A DNA stretch of 64,000 nt, taken from NCBI GenBank assembly GCA_964016885.1, contig OZ024758.1, forward strand, positions 11,222,001-11,286,000, read 5' to 3'. The translations under genes and the position numbers were made by a program. This stretch comes from Eledone cirrhosa (Eukaryota). The notes under the pieces were generated by a model. It searched no databases. It worked only from the letters and a program-made list of their open reading frames with translations, and was not told the DNA's origin. Below, in pieces: positions 13,381-27,657 of this stretch (positions are counted from its first letter, which is position 1; every line of letters starts with the position of its first letter).

Positions 13381-14449
13381 TCTCCACAGACACGTGTATC
13401 CTTATATAGTTCACAAGTTGAATCAGTGAAATACAGTATATGACAAGGCTGAACTTTCGAACTTCGAGTCCAAACAGACTACATTACCCTATGTCTAGAG
13501 TCCAGTCTCTTTAATAGAGTATATCTAAGACAAACTACATTGACCAGAGTCCAGAGTCCAGTGTCTTTAATAGAGTATATCTAAGAGAGACCACATTGTC
13601 CTATGTCCAAAGTTACTTTCAAGACAGACATATGATTTGAGGGAAGCTTGACTGTTACTTTTTGCAGGTCAAGCAAGCAACTATACATAAAAGCCAGCCT
13701 TCTCTCTGTTAAGCTTGCTGAAGATATAATATTTCACACTCACAGGAATAAACTCCATAGATAACAAAGACAAAGATGATCAATAAAGAATCAATGAGAA
13801 TAAAGAGAAATGTCTAAAAGATGCCAAAAAATTGGTAGAAAAATGAAAGAAAAATTGAAAGGAAATGAAAGAGAAACTAAAAAAAAACATTAAAAATTCA
13901 ATAAAAGCGAAACAAAAGAAATAAAAAAATAAAATATAGAAGAAGAAAGAATTATAAAACATAAAATATGGGAGAGAGAAAGAGAGAAAGTAATAAGAAA
14001 TAAATGTTAGGATAATGTTTCTGTTATCAATCTCTTTAAGAGAAGTTATTTTAGCTGGTCTCTCTACAATATTGGAATCTCAAGTGAGTGTAATTAATAC
14101 TGTGTAGTAGGGGAGATCTGTGGTGGAGAGTTGTGGGAGACTTTATAATATGTCTGGGGTAGTGGGGGTGATCTGTGGTGGAGTTGTGGGAGACTTTATA
14201 AGATGTCAGAGGTGGGGGTCTGTGGGGAGGGGATGTCTGTGGGGGAGAGTGAGGGTGATCTGTGGTGGAGTTGGAAAATAAAATCACAATCATCACCACC
14301 ATCATTGGACTGGATGCTTTCCGTCATGGATAAGAGACTGTACCATAATTTGGGGTCACTAAAACTTTGTGAATAAAATTGAGCAGACAGAGACTAAGAA
14401 GAAGCCTTAAAACTGAGGATCAACAATATTATAATAAAATATACCATAA

Positions 14450-14484
<35 letters not shown>

Positions 14485-14515
14485 GTGTAGAATAATAAAG
14501 TGAGAGCTAATATAC

Positions 14516-14964
14516 TTAACCCTTTAGTTACCAACCTGGCCAAAACCAGCTCTGGTTCTATGAAATAAAACCACCTATTTTAACCCTTTAGTTACCAACC
14601 TGGTCAACACCAGCCCCGGTTCTATGAAATAAAACCACCTATTTTAACCCTTTAGTTACCAACCTGGTCAACACCAGCCCCGGTTCTATGAAATAAAACC
14701 ACCTATTTTAACCCTTTATTTACCAACCTAGCCAACACCAGCCCCAGTTCTATGAAATAAAACCACCTATTTTAACCCTTTAGTTATCAACCTGGCCAAA
14801 ACCAGCCCCGGTTCTATGAAATAAAACCACCCATTTTAAATGTTTCCAATTTAAATTGAAATCTTCCAACATAATTTAATGATTTTAGTAAATCTCTCAA
14901 ACTTCTTCATTAATTAACTGTAATAGAGTGTAGTTCATTAGAAATACAGTAATGAAAGGGTTAA
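14516..14964. mobile_element. piggyBac-type MITE whose left end is tandemly amplified (5 x 64 bp)
   Basis: Begins TTAA-CCCTTT and ends AAAGGG-TTAA (TTAA at 14961-14964). TTAACCCTTTA recurs at 14516, 14580, 14644, 14708 and 14772. Confidence 0.75.
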
Positions 14965-15439
14965 TGTAATCAGCCAAATAATTTTAATTAATTAACTGTA
15001 CACTTATAATAATGACCCCCGCAAAAAAAAAAAAAAAAAAAAAAAAATCAATATTTTAATGATTGATTATGGTCAAGAATATTCAGGAACTGAAATTAAT
15101 TAAAATAGATTAGATAAAAATCTGAAAGTCTAGAAGAAAATAAAAAGAAAAAAAGCATCAAGGAATGAGAGAAAGGAATGAAAGAAAGTGGGAAGGCTAC
15201 TTGTTGGTCAGAAGGAGCAACATGAAATAAAGTATTTTACTGAAGAACACATGTAACCCTGTCTAGGAATCAAACCCTTGACTTTATGATCATAAGTCTA
15301 ATACCCTAACCACCAAGCCACGTATCTACACTTGTAGTAAAATATATATATCTGTCGGTGTGTGTGACAGCTCACACCTATGCAGGTTTAGCTGGCCTCC
15401 TCCTAGGTATATCTCGTTGGAGGTGTCTTGGGTGATTTA

Positions 15440-15609
15440 ATGATAGGGACCCCAGTTCTATCATCTCATTTCTACAGCTGAGTAAACTAGAACAATGTGA
15501 AATAAAGTGTCTTGCTCAAGGAAACAACACATCACCCGGTCCGAGAATTGAACTCACAACCTTTCGATTGCAAGCCCAATGCTCTAACCACTAAGCCATG
15601 CGCCTTCAC
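15440..15609 (-). mobile_element. SINE family A, partial (5' half)
   Basis: Near-identical to the reverse complement of 38960-39130. Confidence 0.85.
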
Positions 15610-17049
15610 TTCAAAATATATATATACAGTCTAAATAAACAGTTTAAATAAATCTGTGTTTACTATCATTGATAAGACACTTATTAGACATAACTGAAGT
15701 TTTTTAGTGTGTGAACAAACAACTTTGACATAAATAAAAGTCAATAGCATTCCAACAAAAACAACCAACCACATAGTAAATAAATATCAAAACATTCAGT
15801 AAAGGTTGGAAGGTTGGTTAGGATGGAGGTGACTTGTACACAAAGTAGAACTGTAGGTGGGTAGGTGAATTTGTACACAATAGTAAAACTGATAATAAAA
15901 TACTTTGATGAAAAGAAAAAAAAAGAATCTGCAAAAAAAAAAACTTTTAATAAGGAAATATGACCCAGATAAAATATAGAAGAGAGAAACTTCCTTTAAT
16001 AATTAAGTTGAATAGAAAAGGGACTTGTAAAGCTGTCATTCAACATTTTCTGAAGTTATTGAGTTCTTGGAAAAGGTCAATGTTTTAGAGGTTTACCATT
16101 TTACATTGTCTATTTTATCATGTCTGTATGGGTTGGATGAAGTTTGGAGCTTATCCTGGGGTTTCTTAGGCTTTTAGTAATTAAGAGTACAAGACTACCA
16201 CTTAGACAGAGTATCAGTCTTTCATGGGGTTTACTTCCTAGCTGACATTAGTATTGTGGACTGGAGTAAAGGGAAATGAAGTGCTTCACCAAATCTGGAA
16301 ATCAAACTTAAAACCTTATGACCATGTACCTAACACTAATGAGAGAAGAGCAAAGATGGTGACAATGAAAGAAGAGAAAAGATGACGATGATGAAAGAAG
16401 AGAAAAGATGATGGCAATGAAAGTAGAGCAAAGATGGTGACAATGAAAGAAGAGAAAAGATGATGGCAATGAAAGAAGAGCAGATGACAACGAAAGTAGA
16501 GGAAACACAATATCGACAACGAAAGTAGAGGAAATACGATGACAATGATGTCACTGGCAATGAAGATAAAAAATAACAAAGAAGAAGACGACATGGCGAT
16601 GATGTAGGAAAGAATAAAAACAAGAATAAGGAATAAGAATGAGAGAAAAAGAGTTAATTATTTTAAATGGCCGCAGGTTATAATGAAGCCTGAACATAGT
16701 TATGGGAGCTAATTAGTCTTTAATTAGCAGAAAGGTTTTGTTGCTTTAGTACTAAATAATGACTGAGACACAAACATGGAAGCAGGCACATATACATACA
16801 TACATACACACGTGTATTGATGCATGTGTGTGTATATATATACATATAAATGTGTGTGTAGTGCACATTGGGTGCATTTATCGTATAGATCACCAACACT
16901 AGGGAAGCTATCAGGTCCTTAATATGACATAAGGGTCCTGTCAACCCTTTGTTTGGCAAGCTTTCTATGGTTGGATGCCCTTCCTATCACCACTTGACAA
17001 CGTGTACTGGGAGCTCTTAGTGCTTATTTCTCCAGTGCATCTGCTACAT

Positions 17050-17096
<47 letters not shown>

Positions 17097-17110
17097 TGTA
17101 TATATATATA

Positions 17111-17272
17111 GGGTGTGGTAAAAACCAGCTAGACCATAACCCACCAGAGTACTCGATACTTGGGGTAGCAGAGTGGGTAATATGAAAAGAGTCAGGACCC
17201 CGACGGCTGAGTTCAGATCTAGCTGGTGAAACGGCCGGAGCTCAGCCGTCGGGGTCCTGAATCTTTTCATAT
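17111..17272. mobile_element. Hairpin repeat family P2 (Penelope pLTR-like), inverted configuration
   Basis: Arms 17180-17214 and 17238-17272 are near-perfect inverted repeats. The loop holds CAG-ATCTAG-CTG-GTGAAACGGCCG. Homologous to 58860-59208 and flanked by (TA)n. Confidence 0.75.
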
Positions 17273-17299
17273 ATATATGTATATATATATATATACACC

Positions 17300-17735
17300 C
17301 TTTGATGGGTGGGACATGTCATCCGGATGGACGATCAAAGGCTTCCGAAGCAACTGATGTATGGGGAACTCTGTTCGGGGAAACGAAAGCAGGGCAGGCC
17401 TCTCAAGAGGTTCAAAGACTGCGTGAAGTCCAGCATCAACAACACTGGAATTGCTCCAAAACAACTCGAGTCCCATGCTCAGGAAAGGACTGAGTGGCGA
17501 GCCCTTACCAGACGTGTCAAAGACTCTTTTGAAGAGAAGAGACGGGCAGAGGTCACTGAGACCCGTGAAAGGAGGAGAAAGGCATCAGCAGCTGCCCCAA
17601 GTGACTCCGGTCTCTTCCCCTGCCCCCACTGTCCCCAGACCAGCAAGTCAAGGATCGGCCTCCACAGCCACCTTCGTGCCCACGGCAGAAGGGAACAACA
17701 ATAAGGAAGATGTCATCATCATTTACGCTGGACAA

Positions 17736-17739
<4 letters not shown>
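17300..17739 (+). mobile_element. 5'-truncated RTE-clade LINE: C-terminal part of ORF2 plus 3' UTR
   Basis: ORF 17309-17704 reads GHVIRMDDQRLPKQLMYGEL..GKRKQGRPLKRFKD..., the conserved post-RT motif of RTE elements. It ends in a C2H2-type finger CPHC..SRIGLHSHLRAH and is followed by a short UTR and (TA)n. No internal stop within the ORF. Confidence 0.9.
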
Positions 17740-17790
<51 letters not shown>

Positions 17791-17861
17791 ATAATAATAA
17801 AATTGAATCCCGTTAAGGGTGAAAGCAGCGATTCTTTGCTTAAACTTTAATCTGTTATTTA

Positions 17862-17899
<38 letters not shown>

Positions 17900-17902
17900 G
17901 CA

Positions 17903-18068
17903 CAAGTGGTCGTGGAGGTGCCACGGCAAAAAAGCACCCAGCACTCACTGTAAATGAGCTTGTTGTTAGGAAGGGCATCCAGCTGTAGAAATCAAGCCAG
18001 AATCAGTTCCTGTCCCACCCTTGCAAGCAGGGAAGAAGCGGACGTAAAATGAAATGAAATGATGATGA
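17903..18068 (+). mobile_element. SINE family A, 3' half
   Basis: Matches 39137-39300 (AAGTGGTCGTGGAGGTGCCACGG...GGAAGGGCATCCAGCTGTAGAAA...(ATG)n tail). Confidence 0.85.
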
Positions 18069-18809
18069 AGATAAATTTACTGGAGATATAACTACAGTTT
18101 TTGAATTAGAAGACTCACAGAAAGAAAAGGTGTCAATACTTTCATATACTACCGTTGTTCACAGAAAAACACAACAGGTTGTTCTTTTCTGCTTATAAAA
18201 GGAATAATGGAACTTAATTCTTTTACCAGCAAGATTTCTAATTCGAAATAACTGTAGTTATATTTACATTGTAGGATATTTACTTGAAATCTTCCAAATA
18301 TTGGCTGAGTTGTGGCACAAATATTTACCATTTTAACAGCTGGTAGTATTTACACTTAACTTTCACCTGTGTATTATTATCAGTATCACTTAAGAGGGAG
18401 AGGGAGAGTGAGAGTGAAGAGAGAGAGGAGGGAGAGAGAGAAAGGTAGAAAGAGAGATAGGCAGAGAGCGAGAGGCTGAGAGACAGAGATAGACGGGGGA
18501 GGGGGGGGGGGGGGGTTGAGAGAGGGGGGGGGGGGCGACAAAGAGAGAGAGAGAGTAGATAAGAGGAGATGACCTTTAAAAACTGTTAAACTGCACTGTG
18601 CAAGTAGACAGGATAATGAATGCATTGTCATGAAATGTAGAGTTATTTGAGACAGACACTTCTCTATTAAGAAACATTAAGATGACAAACCTCTTCAAAG
18701 ATTTCCTGTGACAGGGAAGTCACTTCACAAAAATTATGTTTTTTTGTTAAAGAAGTATGTTAAGAAATATGGTTTAATTCAATGAATTCCTGAAGATTAT
18801 TTGGACACC

Positions 18810-19100
18810 ACACACACACACACTATACAGGTCTACGCAAACACATACATATACACACTCCAGATACATTAGACACACAGAGACACACATTACACACACA
18901 CACTATACAGGTCTACGCAAACACATACATATACACACTCCAGAGACATTAGACACACAGAGACACACATTACACACACACACTATACAGGTCTACGCAA
19001 ACACATACATATACACACTCCAGAGACATTAGACACACAGAGACACACATTACATACACACACTATACAGACCTACACAAACAAACACATATTCACACTA
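18810..19100. repeat. 80-bp CA-rich tandem repeat, about 3.5 copies
   Basis: CACTATACAG at 18821, 18901, 18981 and 19061. Confidence 0.9.
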
Positions 19101-19204
19101 CACACTCTTTCTTACTACGCAGGTAATTTGGTAATTTACTCTTTCGCTACTTAGAATTTGTCATTTGAGATAGTGACACAGAATTCCCAGACGTATATAT
19201 AACA

Positions 19205-19230
19205 TTCATATACAACACACATGATGTAGA

Positions 19231-19263
<33 letters not shown>

Positions 19264-19282
19264 CAACACAAATGATGTAGAT

Positions 19283-19314
<32 letters not shown>

Positions 19315-19478
19315 CAACACAAATGATGTAGATTATATATATATACAAATATATATATATATACAACACAAATGATGTAGATTATATATATATACAAATA
19401 TATATATATATACAACACAAATGATGTAGATTATATATATATACATATATATATATATATACAACACAAATGATGTAG

Positions 19479-19518
<40 letters not shown>

Positions 19519-19533
19519 ACACAAATGATGTAG

Positions 19534-19567
<34 letters not shown>

Positions 19568-19582
19568 ACACAAATGATGTAG

Positions 19583-19622
<40 letters not shown>

Positions 19623-19784
19623 ACACAAATGATGTAGATTATATATATATACATATATATATATATATACAACACAAATGATGTAGATTATATATATATA
19701 CATATATATATATATATACAACACAAATGATGTAGATTATATATATACATATATATATATATATACAACACAAATGATGTAGAT

Positions 19785-19816
<32 letters not shown>

Positions 19817-19980
19817 CAACACAAATGATGTAGATTATATATATATACATATATATATATATATACAACACAAATGATGTAGATTATATATATACATATA
19901 TATATATATATACAACACAAATGATGTAGATTATATATATATACATATATATATATATATACAACACAAATGATGTAGAT

Positions 19981-20012
<32 letters not shown>

Positions 20013-20078
20013 CAACACAAATGATGTAGATTATATATATATATATATATATATATATACAACACAAATGATGTAGAT

Positions 20079-20112
<34 letters not shown>

Positions 20113-20268
20113 CAACACAAATGATGTAGATTATATATAGATACATATATATATATATACAACACAAATGATGTAGATTATATATATACATATATATATA
20201 TATATACAACACAAATGATGTAGATTATATATATATACATATATATATACAACACAAATGATGTAGAT

Positions 20269-20304
<36 letters not shown>

Positions 20305-20711
20305 CAACACAAATGATGTAGATTATATATATATACATATATATATATATATACAACACAAATGATGTAGATTATATATATATACATATATATATATATA
20401 TACAACACAAATGATGTAGATTATATATATATACATATATATATATATATACAACACAAATGATGTAGATTATATATATATACATATATATATATACAAC
20501 ACAAATGATGTAGATTATATATATATACAAATATATATATATATACAACACAAATGATGTAGATTATATATATATACATATATATATATATATACAACAC
20601 AAATGATGTAGATTATATATATATACAAATATATATATATATATACAACACAAATGATGTAGATTATATATATATACATATATATATATATATACAACAC
20701 AAATGATGTAG

Positions 20712-20756
<45 letters not shown>

Positions 20757-20765
20757 ATATCAACA
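19205..20765. repeat. Compound minisatellite: constant ACAACACAAATGATGTAGAT core plus variable-length (TA)n
   Basis: The core motif repeats throughout, separated by TA tracts of varying length that often contain a CA interruption. Confidence 0.95.
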
Positions 20766-20877
20766 TTATCGTTTAACGTCCATCTTCCATGCTAGCATGG
20801 GTTAGACGGGTTTGTCCCACTTGAGACAAGATATATATATATCTATATATACATATATATACATATATATATATATA

Positions 20878-20978
20878 TAACAAAGAAAGTGTGGTAAGGA
20901 ACCAGGTGGACCATAATGCACCAGAGTACTCGATACGGTAGTAGAGTGGGTAAGCCGTCAGGGTCCTGACTCTTTTCC

Positions 20979-20980
<2 letters not shown>
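20878..20980. mobile_element. Family P2 fragment (inverted junction)
   Basis: GTGGTAAGGAACCAGGTGGACCATAATGCACCAGAGTACTCGATAC...GAGTGGGTAA is joined to the opposite-orientation GCCGTCAGGGTCCTGACTC. Lies in (TA)n. Confidence 0.7.
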
Positions 20981-21010
<30 letters not shown>

Positions 21011-21205
21011 GTTCAAGGAAACGACAAAACAGAGGTAGAAAAAGTCTTAGTTTCATGCTTTATATGGAAAAGGGGAAAGAAAGTTTGCCATGTCAGGATA
21101 TATATATATATGAGTCAAACAACGCTGTACGGTAAAACTATCCACAACCTATAACTGGATTACCTATAACAAAATATTGTTATCCCTTATATATATATAT
21201 ATATA

Positions 21206-21430
21206 TTACTCAGCTGTAGAAATGAGATGATAGGGACTGCGGTCCATATCATTCCACTGCAAAGTGGTCGTGGAGGTGCCACGGCAAAAAAGCACCCAGC
21301 ACTCACTGTAAATGGAGTTGGTGTTAGGAAGGGCATCCAGCTGTAGAAATCAAGCCAGAATCAGTTCCCATCCCACCTTTGCAAGCAGAGAAAAAGCGGA
21401 CCTAAAATGAAATGATGGTGAATGATGATG
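21206..21430 (+). mobile_element. SINE family A, 5'-truncated
   Basis: Matches 39082-39300. Confidence 0.85.
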
Positions 21431-21934
21431 ATATATATATATATATGAAAAAAATAGGATTTATATATATTCATACACACACATCTACAGAAATGATATA
21501 GATATATATAACCACATCTTCTGGTAACATGATGTAGATTACATATATTGATACGGTCGAATGATTATTGAAAGATAAGAGAGAGCAAGGGAAGGTAAAT
21601 CAGTGAAAACCAAGCTATGCATGGTAAAAGGAGATAAAATATAAAATAATAATGAGTCTGTGACTTGAGGGACAACATATTAAAGGTTTATTGTGACATT
21701 TCAGTCTGTCTTGGTAGAATTAAAGGTCACTATCACCATTATTACTCTCATTACTAACACTATCCCCACCACTGTCGTCTAGCTATGTGTCTGAGTCTGT
21801 GTGTGTGAGAGTGTGTGTGCATGTGTCTGAGTTAGTATATGTATGTGTATGTGTGTGAATGTGTTAATGTGTAAGCGAGTCTGTTTGGCCATTTGAAATG
21901 CAGATGCAGGTACAACTAAATATCACCAGCAGAG

Positions 21935-22430
21935 TGGACTGAAGCATCATGAACACAACACTTCGCTGGGAATGAATCTGGTGACCTTACAATCATGAGG
22001 TAAACACTAACCATAAGCCTTACCTACACTGAAATAAAGTGTCTTGCTCAAGGACACAATGCTTCGCTGGAAATCAAACTCTTGACCTTACAATGGTGAG
22101 ATAAACACTAACCATAAGCCTTACCTACACTGAAATAAAGTGTCTTGCTCAAGGACACAATGCTTCGCTGGGAATGAAACTGGTGACCTTACAATCATGA
22201 GCTAAACACTAACCATAAGCCTTACCTACACTGAAATAAAGTGTCTTGCTCAAGGACACAATGCTTCGCTGGGAATGAAACTGGTGACCTTACAATCATG
22301 AGCTAAACACTAACCATGAAGCCTTACCTACACTGAAATAAAGTGTCTTGCTCAAGGACACAATGCTTCGCTGGAAATCAAACTCTTGACCTTACAATGG
22401 TGAGATAACACCTTAACCATGAAGCCACCT
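21935..22430 (-). repeat. About 101-bp tandem array built from a SINE tRNA-like head and core, about 4.5 copies
   Basis: GAAATAAAGTGTCTTGCTCAAGGACACAA at 22031, 22132, 22233 and 22335. This is the same motif as the reverse complement of the SINE A core. Confidence 0.85.
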
Positions 22431-22604
22431 ACCACTACAATGATCTTCTCTAACTATTATATTACCTACAAATGAATGCTACTGAAACACTAACTAATTG
22501 ACCGTTTCATGATATAACTACCATATGGTTAATTGTCTGATTTTTACACTTATTTAGAGATTGTTAAGCTAGAGGAACATCAATAAACTTAATCAAATCA
22601 GGAA

Positions 22605-22997
22605 CCATTATTACCACCACTGCTACTACTACTACTACTGCTGCTGCTGCTACTACTACTACCATTATTACCACCACCACTACTACTACTACCATTACTA
22701 CCACCACCACTACTACTACAATTACTACCACCACCACTACTACTACCATTACTACCACCACCACCACTACTACTGCTACTACTACCACTACCATTAGTAA
22801 CACCACCACCACTACTACTACTAGCACTACCATTAATAACACCACCACCATTACTACTATTACCATTACATTCACTACCATTACTACCACCACCACTACT
22901 ACTACTACCACTACCATCATTTCTACTACTACCACTACCATCACTTCTACTACTACACTACACTCACCATTACTAATACCATTACTACCACCAATAT

Positions 22998-23030
<33 letters not shown>

Positions 23031-23040
23031 AATTACCAAT
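22605..23040. repeat. (ACT/ACC)n degenerate trinucleotide repeat
   Basis: Direct inspection. It produces the spurious poly-Val ORF. Confidence 0.9.
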
Positions 23041-23130
23041 AGCAGAAAAATGGTAACTGAAAATAGAATCACTGAATAAATAAAGATTGCCTGATTAGCT
23101 GGAATGATTTCTGGTATCAATTGACTGCTA

Positions 23131-26100
23131 TTTATAGCAGATACAGCTATTTACTCCCTATATATAGCAGATACAGCTATTTACTTCCTATATATAGCAG
23201 ATACAGCTATTTACTTCCTATATATAGCAGATACAGCTATTTACTCCCTATATATAGCAGATACAGCTATTTATTCCCTATATATAGCAGATACAGCTAT
23301 TTACTCCCTATATATAGCAGATACAGCTATTTATTCCCTATATATAGCAGATACAGCTATTTATTCCCTATATATAGCAGATACAGCTATTTACTCCCTA
23401 TATATAGCAGATACAGCTATTTACTTCCTATATATAGCAGATACAGCTATTAACTCCCTATATATAGCAGATACAGCTATTTATTCCCTATATATAGCAG
23501 ATACAGCTATTTACTCCCTATATATAGCAGATACAGCTATTTACTTCCTATATATAGCAGATACAGCTATTTACTTCCTATATATAGCAGATACAGCTAT
23601 TTACTCCCTATATATAGCAGATACAGCTATTTATTCCCTATATATAGCAGATACAGCTATTTACTCCCTATATATAGCAGATACAGCTATTAACTCCCTA
23701 TATATAGCAGATACAGCTATTAACTCCCTATATATAGCAGATACAGCTATTTACTTCCTATATATAGCAGATACAGCTATTAACTCCCTATATATAGCAG
23801 ATACAGCTATTTACTCCCTATATATAGCAGATACAGCTATTAACTCCCTATATATAGCAGATACAGCTATTTACTTCCTATATATAGCAGATACAACTAT
23901 TAACTCCCTATATATAGCAGATACAGCTATTAACTCCCTATATATAGCAGATACAGCTATTAACTCCCTATATATAGCAGATACAGCTATTAACTCCCTA
24001 TATATAGCAGATACAGCTATTAACTTCCTATATATAGCAGATACAGCTATTAACTCCCTATATATAGCAGATACAGCTATTAACTCCCTATATATAGCAG
24101 ATACAGCTATTAACTTCCTATATATAGCAGATACAGCTATTTATTCCCTATATATAGCAGATACAGCTATTTACTTCCTATATATAGCAGATACAGCTAT
24201 TAACTCCCTATATATAGCAGATACAGCTATTAACTCCCTATATATAGCAGATACAGCTATTAACTCCCTATATATAGCAGATACAGCTATTAACTTCCTA
24301 TATATAGCAGATACAGCTATTTATTCCCTATATATAGCAGATACAGCTATTAACTCCCTATATATAGCAGATACAGCTATTAACTCCCTATATATAGCAG
24401 ATACAGCTATTTACTCCCTATATATAGCAGATACAACTATTTATTCTCTATATATAGCAGATACAGCTATTAACTCCCTATATATAGCAGATACAGCTAT
24501 TAACTCCCTATATATAGCAGATACAGCTATTAACTCCCTATATATAGCAGATACAGCTATTAACTCCCTATATATAGCAGATACAGCTATTTACTCCCTA
24601 TATATAGCAGATACAACTATTTATTCCCTATATATAGCAGATACAGCTATTAACTCCCTATATATAGCAGATACAGCTATTTACTTCCTATATATAGCAG
24701 ATACAGCTATTAACTCCCTATATATAGCAGATACAGCTATTAACTCCCTATATATAGCAGATACAGCTATTAACTCCCTATATATAGCAGATACAGCTAT
24801 TTATTCCCTATATATAGCAGATACAGCTATTTACTTCCTATATATAGCAGATACAGCTATTAACTCCCTATATATAGCAGATACAACTATTAACTCCCTA
24901 TATATAGCAGATACAGCTATTAACTCCCTATATATAGCAGATACAGCTATTTATTCCCTATATATAGCAGATACAGCTATTTACTCCCTATATATAGCAG
25001 ATACAGCTATTAACTTCCTATATATAGCAGATACAGCTATTAACTCCCTATATATAGCAGATACAGCTATTTATTCCCTATATATAGCAGATACAGCTAT
25101 TTATTCCCTATATATAGCAGATACAGCTATTTATTCCCTATATATAGCAGATACAGCTATTAACTCCCTATATATAGCAGATACAGCTATTAACTCCCTA
25201 TATATAGCAGATACAGCTATTTATTCCCTATATATAGCAGATACAGCTATTTACTCCCTATATATAGCAGATACAGCTATTAACTTCCTATATATAGCAG
25301 ATACAGCTATTTATTCCCTATATATAGCAGATACAGCTATTTACTTCCTATATATAGCAGATACAACTATTTATTCCCTATATATAGCAGATACAGCTAT
25401 TAACTCCCTATATATAGCAGATACAGCTATTTATTCCCTATATATAGCAGATACAGCTATTTACTCCCTATATATAGCAGATACAGCTATTAACTTCCTA
25501 TATATAGCAGATACAGCTATTTATTCCCTATATATAGCAGATACAGCTATTTACTTCCTATATATAGCAGATACAGCTATTAACTCCCTATATATAGCAG
25601 ATACAGCTATTAACTCCCTATATATAGCAGATCCAGCTATTTATTCCCTATATATAGCAGATACAACTATTTATTCCCTATATATAGCAGATACAGCTAT
25701 TAACTCCCTATATATAGCAGATACAGCTATTTATTCCCTATATATAGCAGATACAGCTATTTACTTCCTATATATAGCAGATACAGCTATTAACTCCCTA
25801 TATATAGCAGATACAGCTATTAACTCCCTATATATAGCAGATACAGCTATTAACTCCCTATATATAGCAGATACAGCTATTTACTTCCTATATATAGCAG
25901 ATACAGCTATTTACTTCCTATATATAGCAGATACAGCTATTTATTCCCTATATATAGCAGATATAGCTATTTACTTCCTATATATAGCAGATACAGCTAT
26001 TTACTTCCTATATATAGCAGATACAGCTATTTACTTCCTATATATAGCAGATATAGCTATTTACTCCCTATATATAGCAGATACAGCTATTTATTCCCTA

Positions 26101-26330
26101 TATATAGCAGATACAGCTATTTACTCCCTATATATAGCAGATACAGCTATTTATTCTCTATATATAGCAGATATAGCTATTTATTCTCTATATATAGCAG
26201 ATATAGCTATTTATTCCCTATATATAGCAGATATAGCTATTTATTCCCTATATATAGCAGATATAGCTATTTATTCCCTATATATAGCAGATATAGCTAT
26301 TTATTCTCTATATATAGCAGATACATAGCT
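23131..26330. repeat. 30-bp minisatellite, about 106 copies
   Basis: Unit TATATAGCAGATACAGCTATT(T/A)A(C/T)T(C/T)CCTA, two units per 60-nt line in constant phase. Confidence 0.99.
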
Positions 26331-26424
26331 ATTTATCACTTTTTCTGCTATATATATATGAGATACACAGCATTCTTACAGGTATATATATGAGATACAC
26401 AACTATTTATCTGCTATATAGAGG

Positions 26425-26683
26425 CAGGACCGGATTTAGATTTGATGAAGCCCTAAGCTATTTGAGGTAATGGGGCCCTTCATATGTTATAAAAAATGTT
26501 ATAAAAACTGCAAAACGTTTAATATCAAAGCAGAAAACTGTTTAAAACTATTGCATTATTTTAGTTCTTTTGTATCTTATATTTTGGAAATGTACACACC
26601 GTATTTTTCAATTTTTTCAGGGCCCCAAGAAAGTGGGGGCCCTAAGCTGTAGCTTGTTTAGCTTATACATAAATCCTACTCTA
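26425..26683. mobile_element. hAT-superfamily MITE
   Basis: Left TIR CAGGACCGGATTTA, degenerate right TIR TAAATCCTACTCTA, and internal GGGCCC motifs. Exact 8-bp TSD TATAGAGG at 26417-26424 and 26684-26691. Confidence 0.85.
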
Positions 26684-26874
26684 TATAGAGGAGATACACA
26701 GCTATCTTACTGGTATATATATGAACTAGACAGCTATCTTAGTGGTATATAGAGCAGATACATAGCTATTTACCTGCTATATATAAGAGATAGAAAGCTA
26801 TCTATCTGCTATATATAGGAGATAGCTTTGAATCTCATGTGTATATAACAGATATATAGGACATATATAGCTAA

Positions 26875-27145
26875 TATCTGCTATATATAGCAGAAAGATA
26901 GCTGTATATCTGCTATATATAGCAGAAAGATAGCTGTATATCTGCTATATATAGTAGATAAATAGCTTTATATCTGCTATATATAGCAGATATATAGCTT
27001 TATATCTGCTATATATAGCAGATAAATAGCTTTATATCTGCTATATATAGCAGATAAATAGCTTTATATCTGCTATATATAGCAGAAAGATAGCTGTATA
27101 TCTGCTATATATAGCAGAAAGATAGCTGTATATCTGCTATATATA
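26875..27145. repeat. 32-bp tandem repeat containing the 18-bp palindrome TCTGCTATATATAGCAGA
   Basis: The palindrome recurs about every 32 bp (e.g. 26909, 26941). It is related to the adjacent 30-bp satellite in both orientations. Confidence 0.9.
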
Positions 27146-27623
27146 ACACTAAGCCATGTGCTTTCACTGTTTGAGAAAAGAACATAAAATGCAATAATGC
27201 TGAGTACATTGGTTCCAGTAAGAGGTGGGATGTGGGGAATACTAGATATATACTAGAGGGTTCTATAGAGCTAGGGTTGGTTGTCAGAATGGATGGTAGT
27301 GTTTGTGGGTTCCAGTGGAGGTGGAATGTGGGTGAATAGCTAGATATATACTAGAGGGTTCTATATAGCAGGTGTTGGTTGCAGGTTGCAGGAATGGATG
27401 GCAGTGTATGTGGGTTCCGGTGGAGGTGGGATGTGGTGTGGTGAGGAGTGAGTCTATACCAGGGGTGGGTGGTTCTATATAGCGGTGTTGGTTGCAGGAA
27501 TGGATGGCTGTGTAGTGATTCATGAACTGGAGAAGGAAGAAGAATATTTATCGTTAGAGACATTTTTGCATTCAAACACACAAACACACACACACACACA
27601 CATATATACATACACACACACAC

Positions 27624-27657
<34 letters not shown>

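Noticed and set aside
19205-20765. CRISPR-like pattern of a constant ~20-bp repeat with variable spacers (also 63130-63710)
   Set aside because: The spacers are TA/GA microsatellites rather than unique sequence, the context is eukaryotic, and there are no cas genes.
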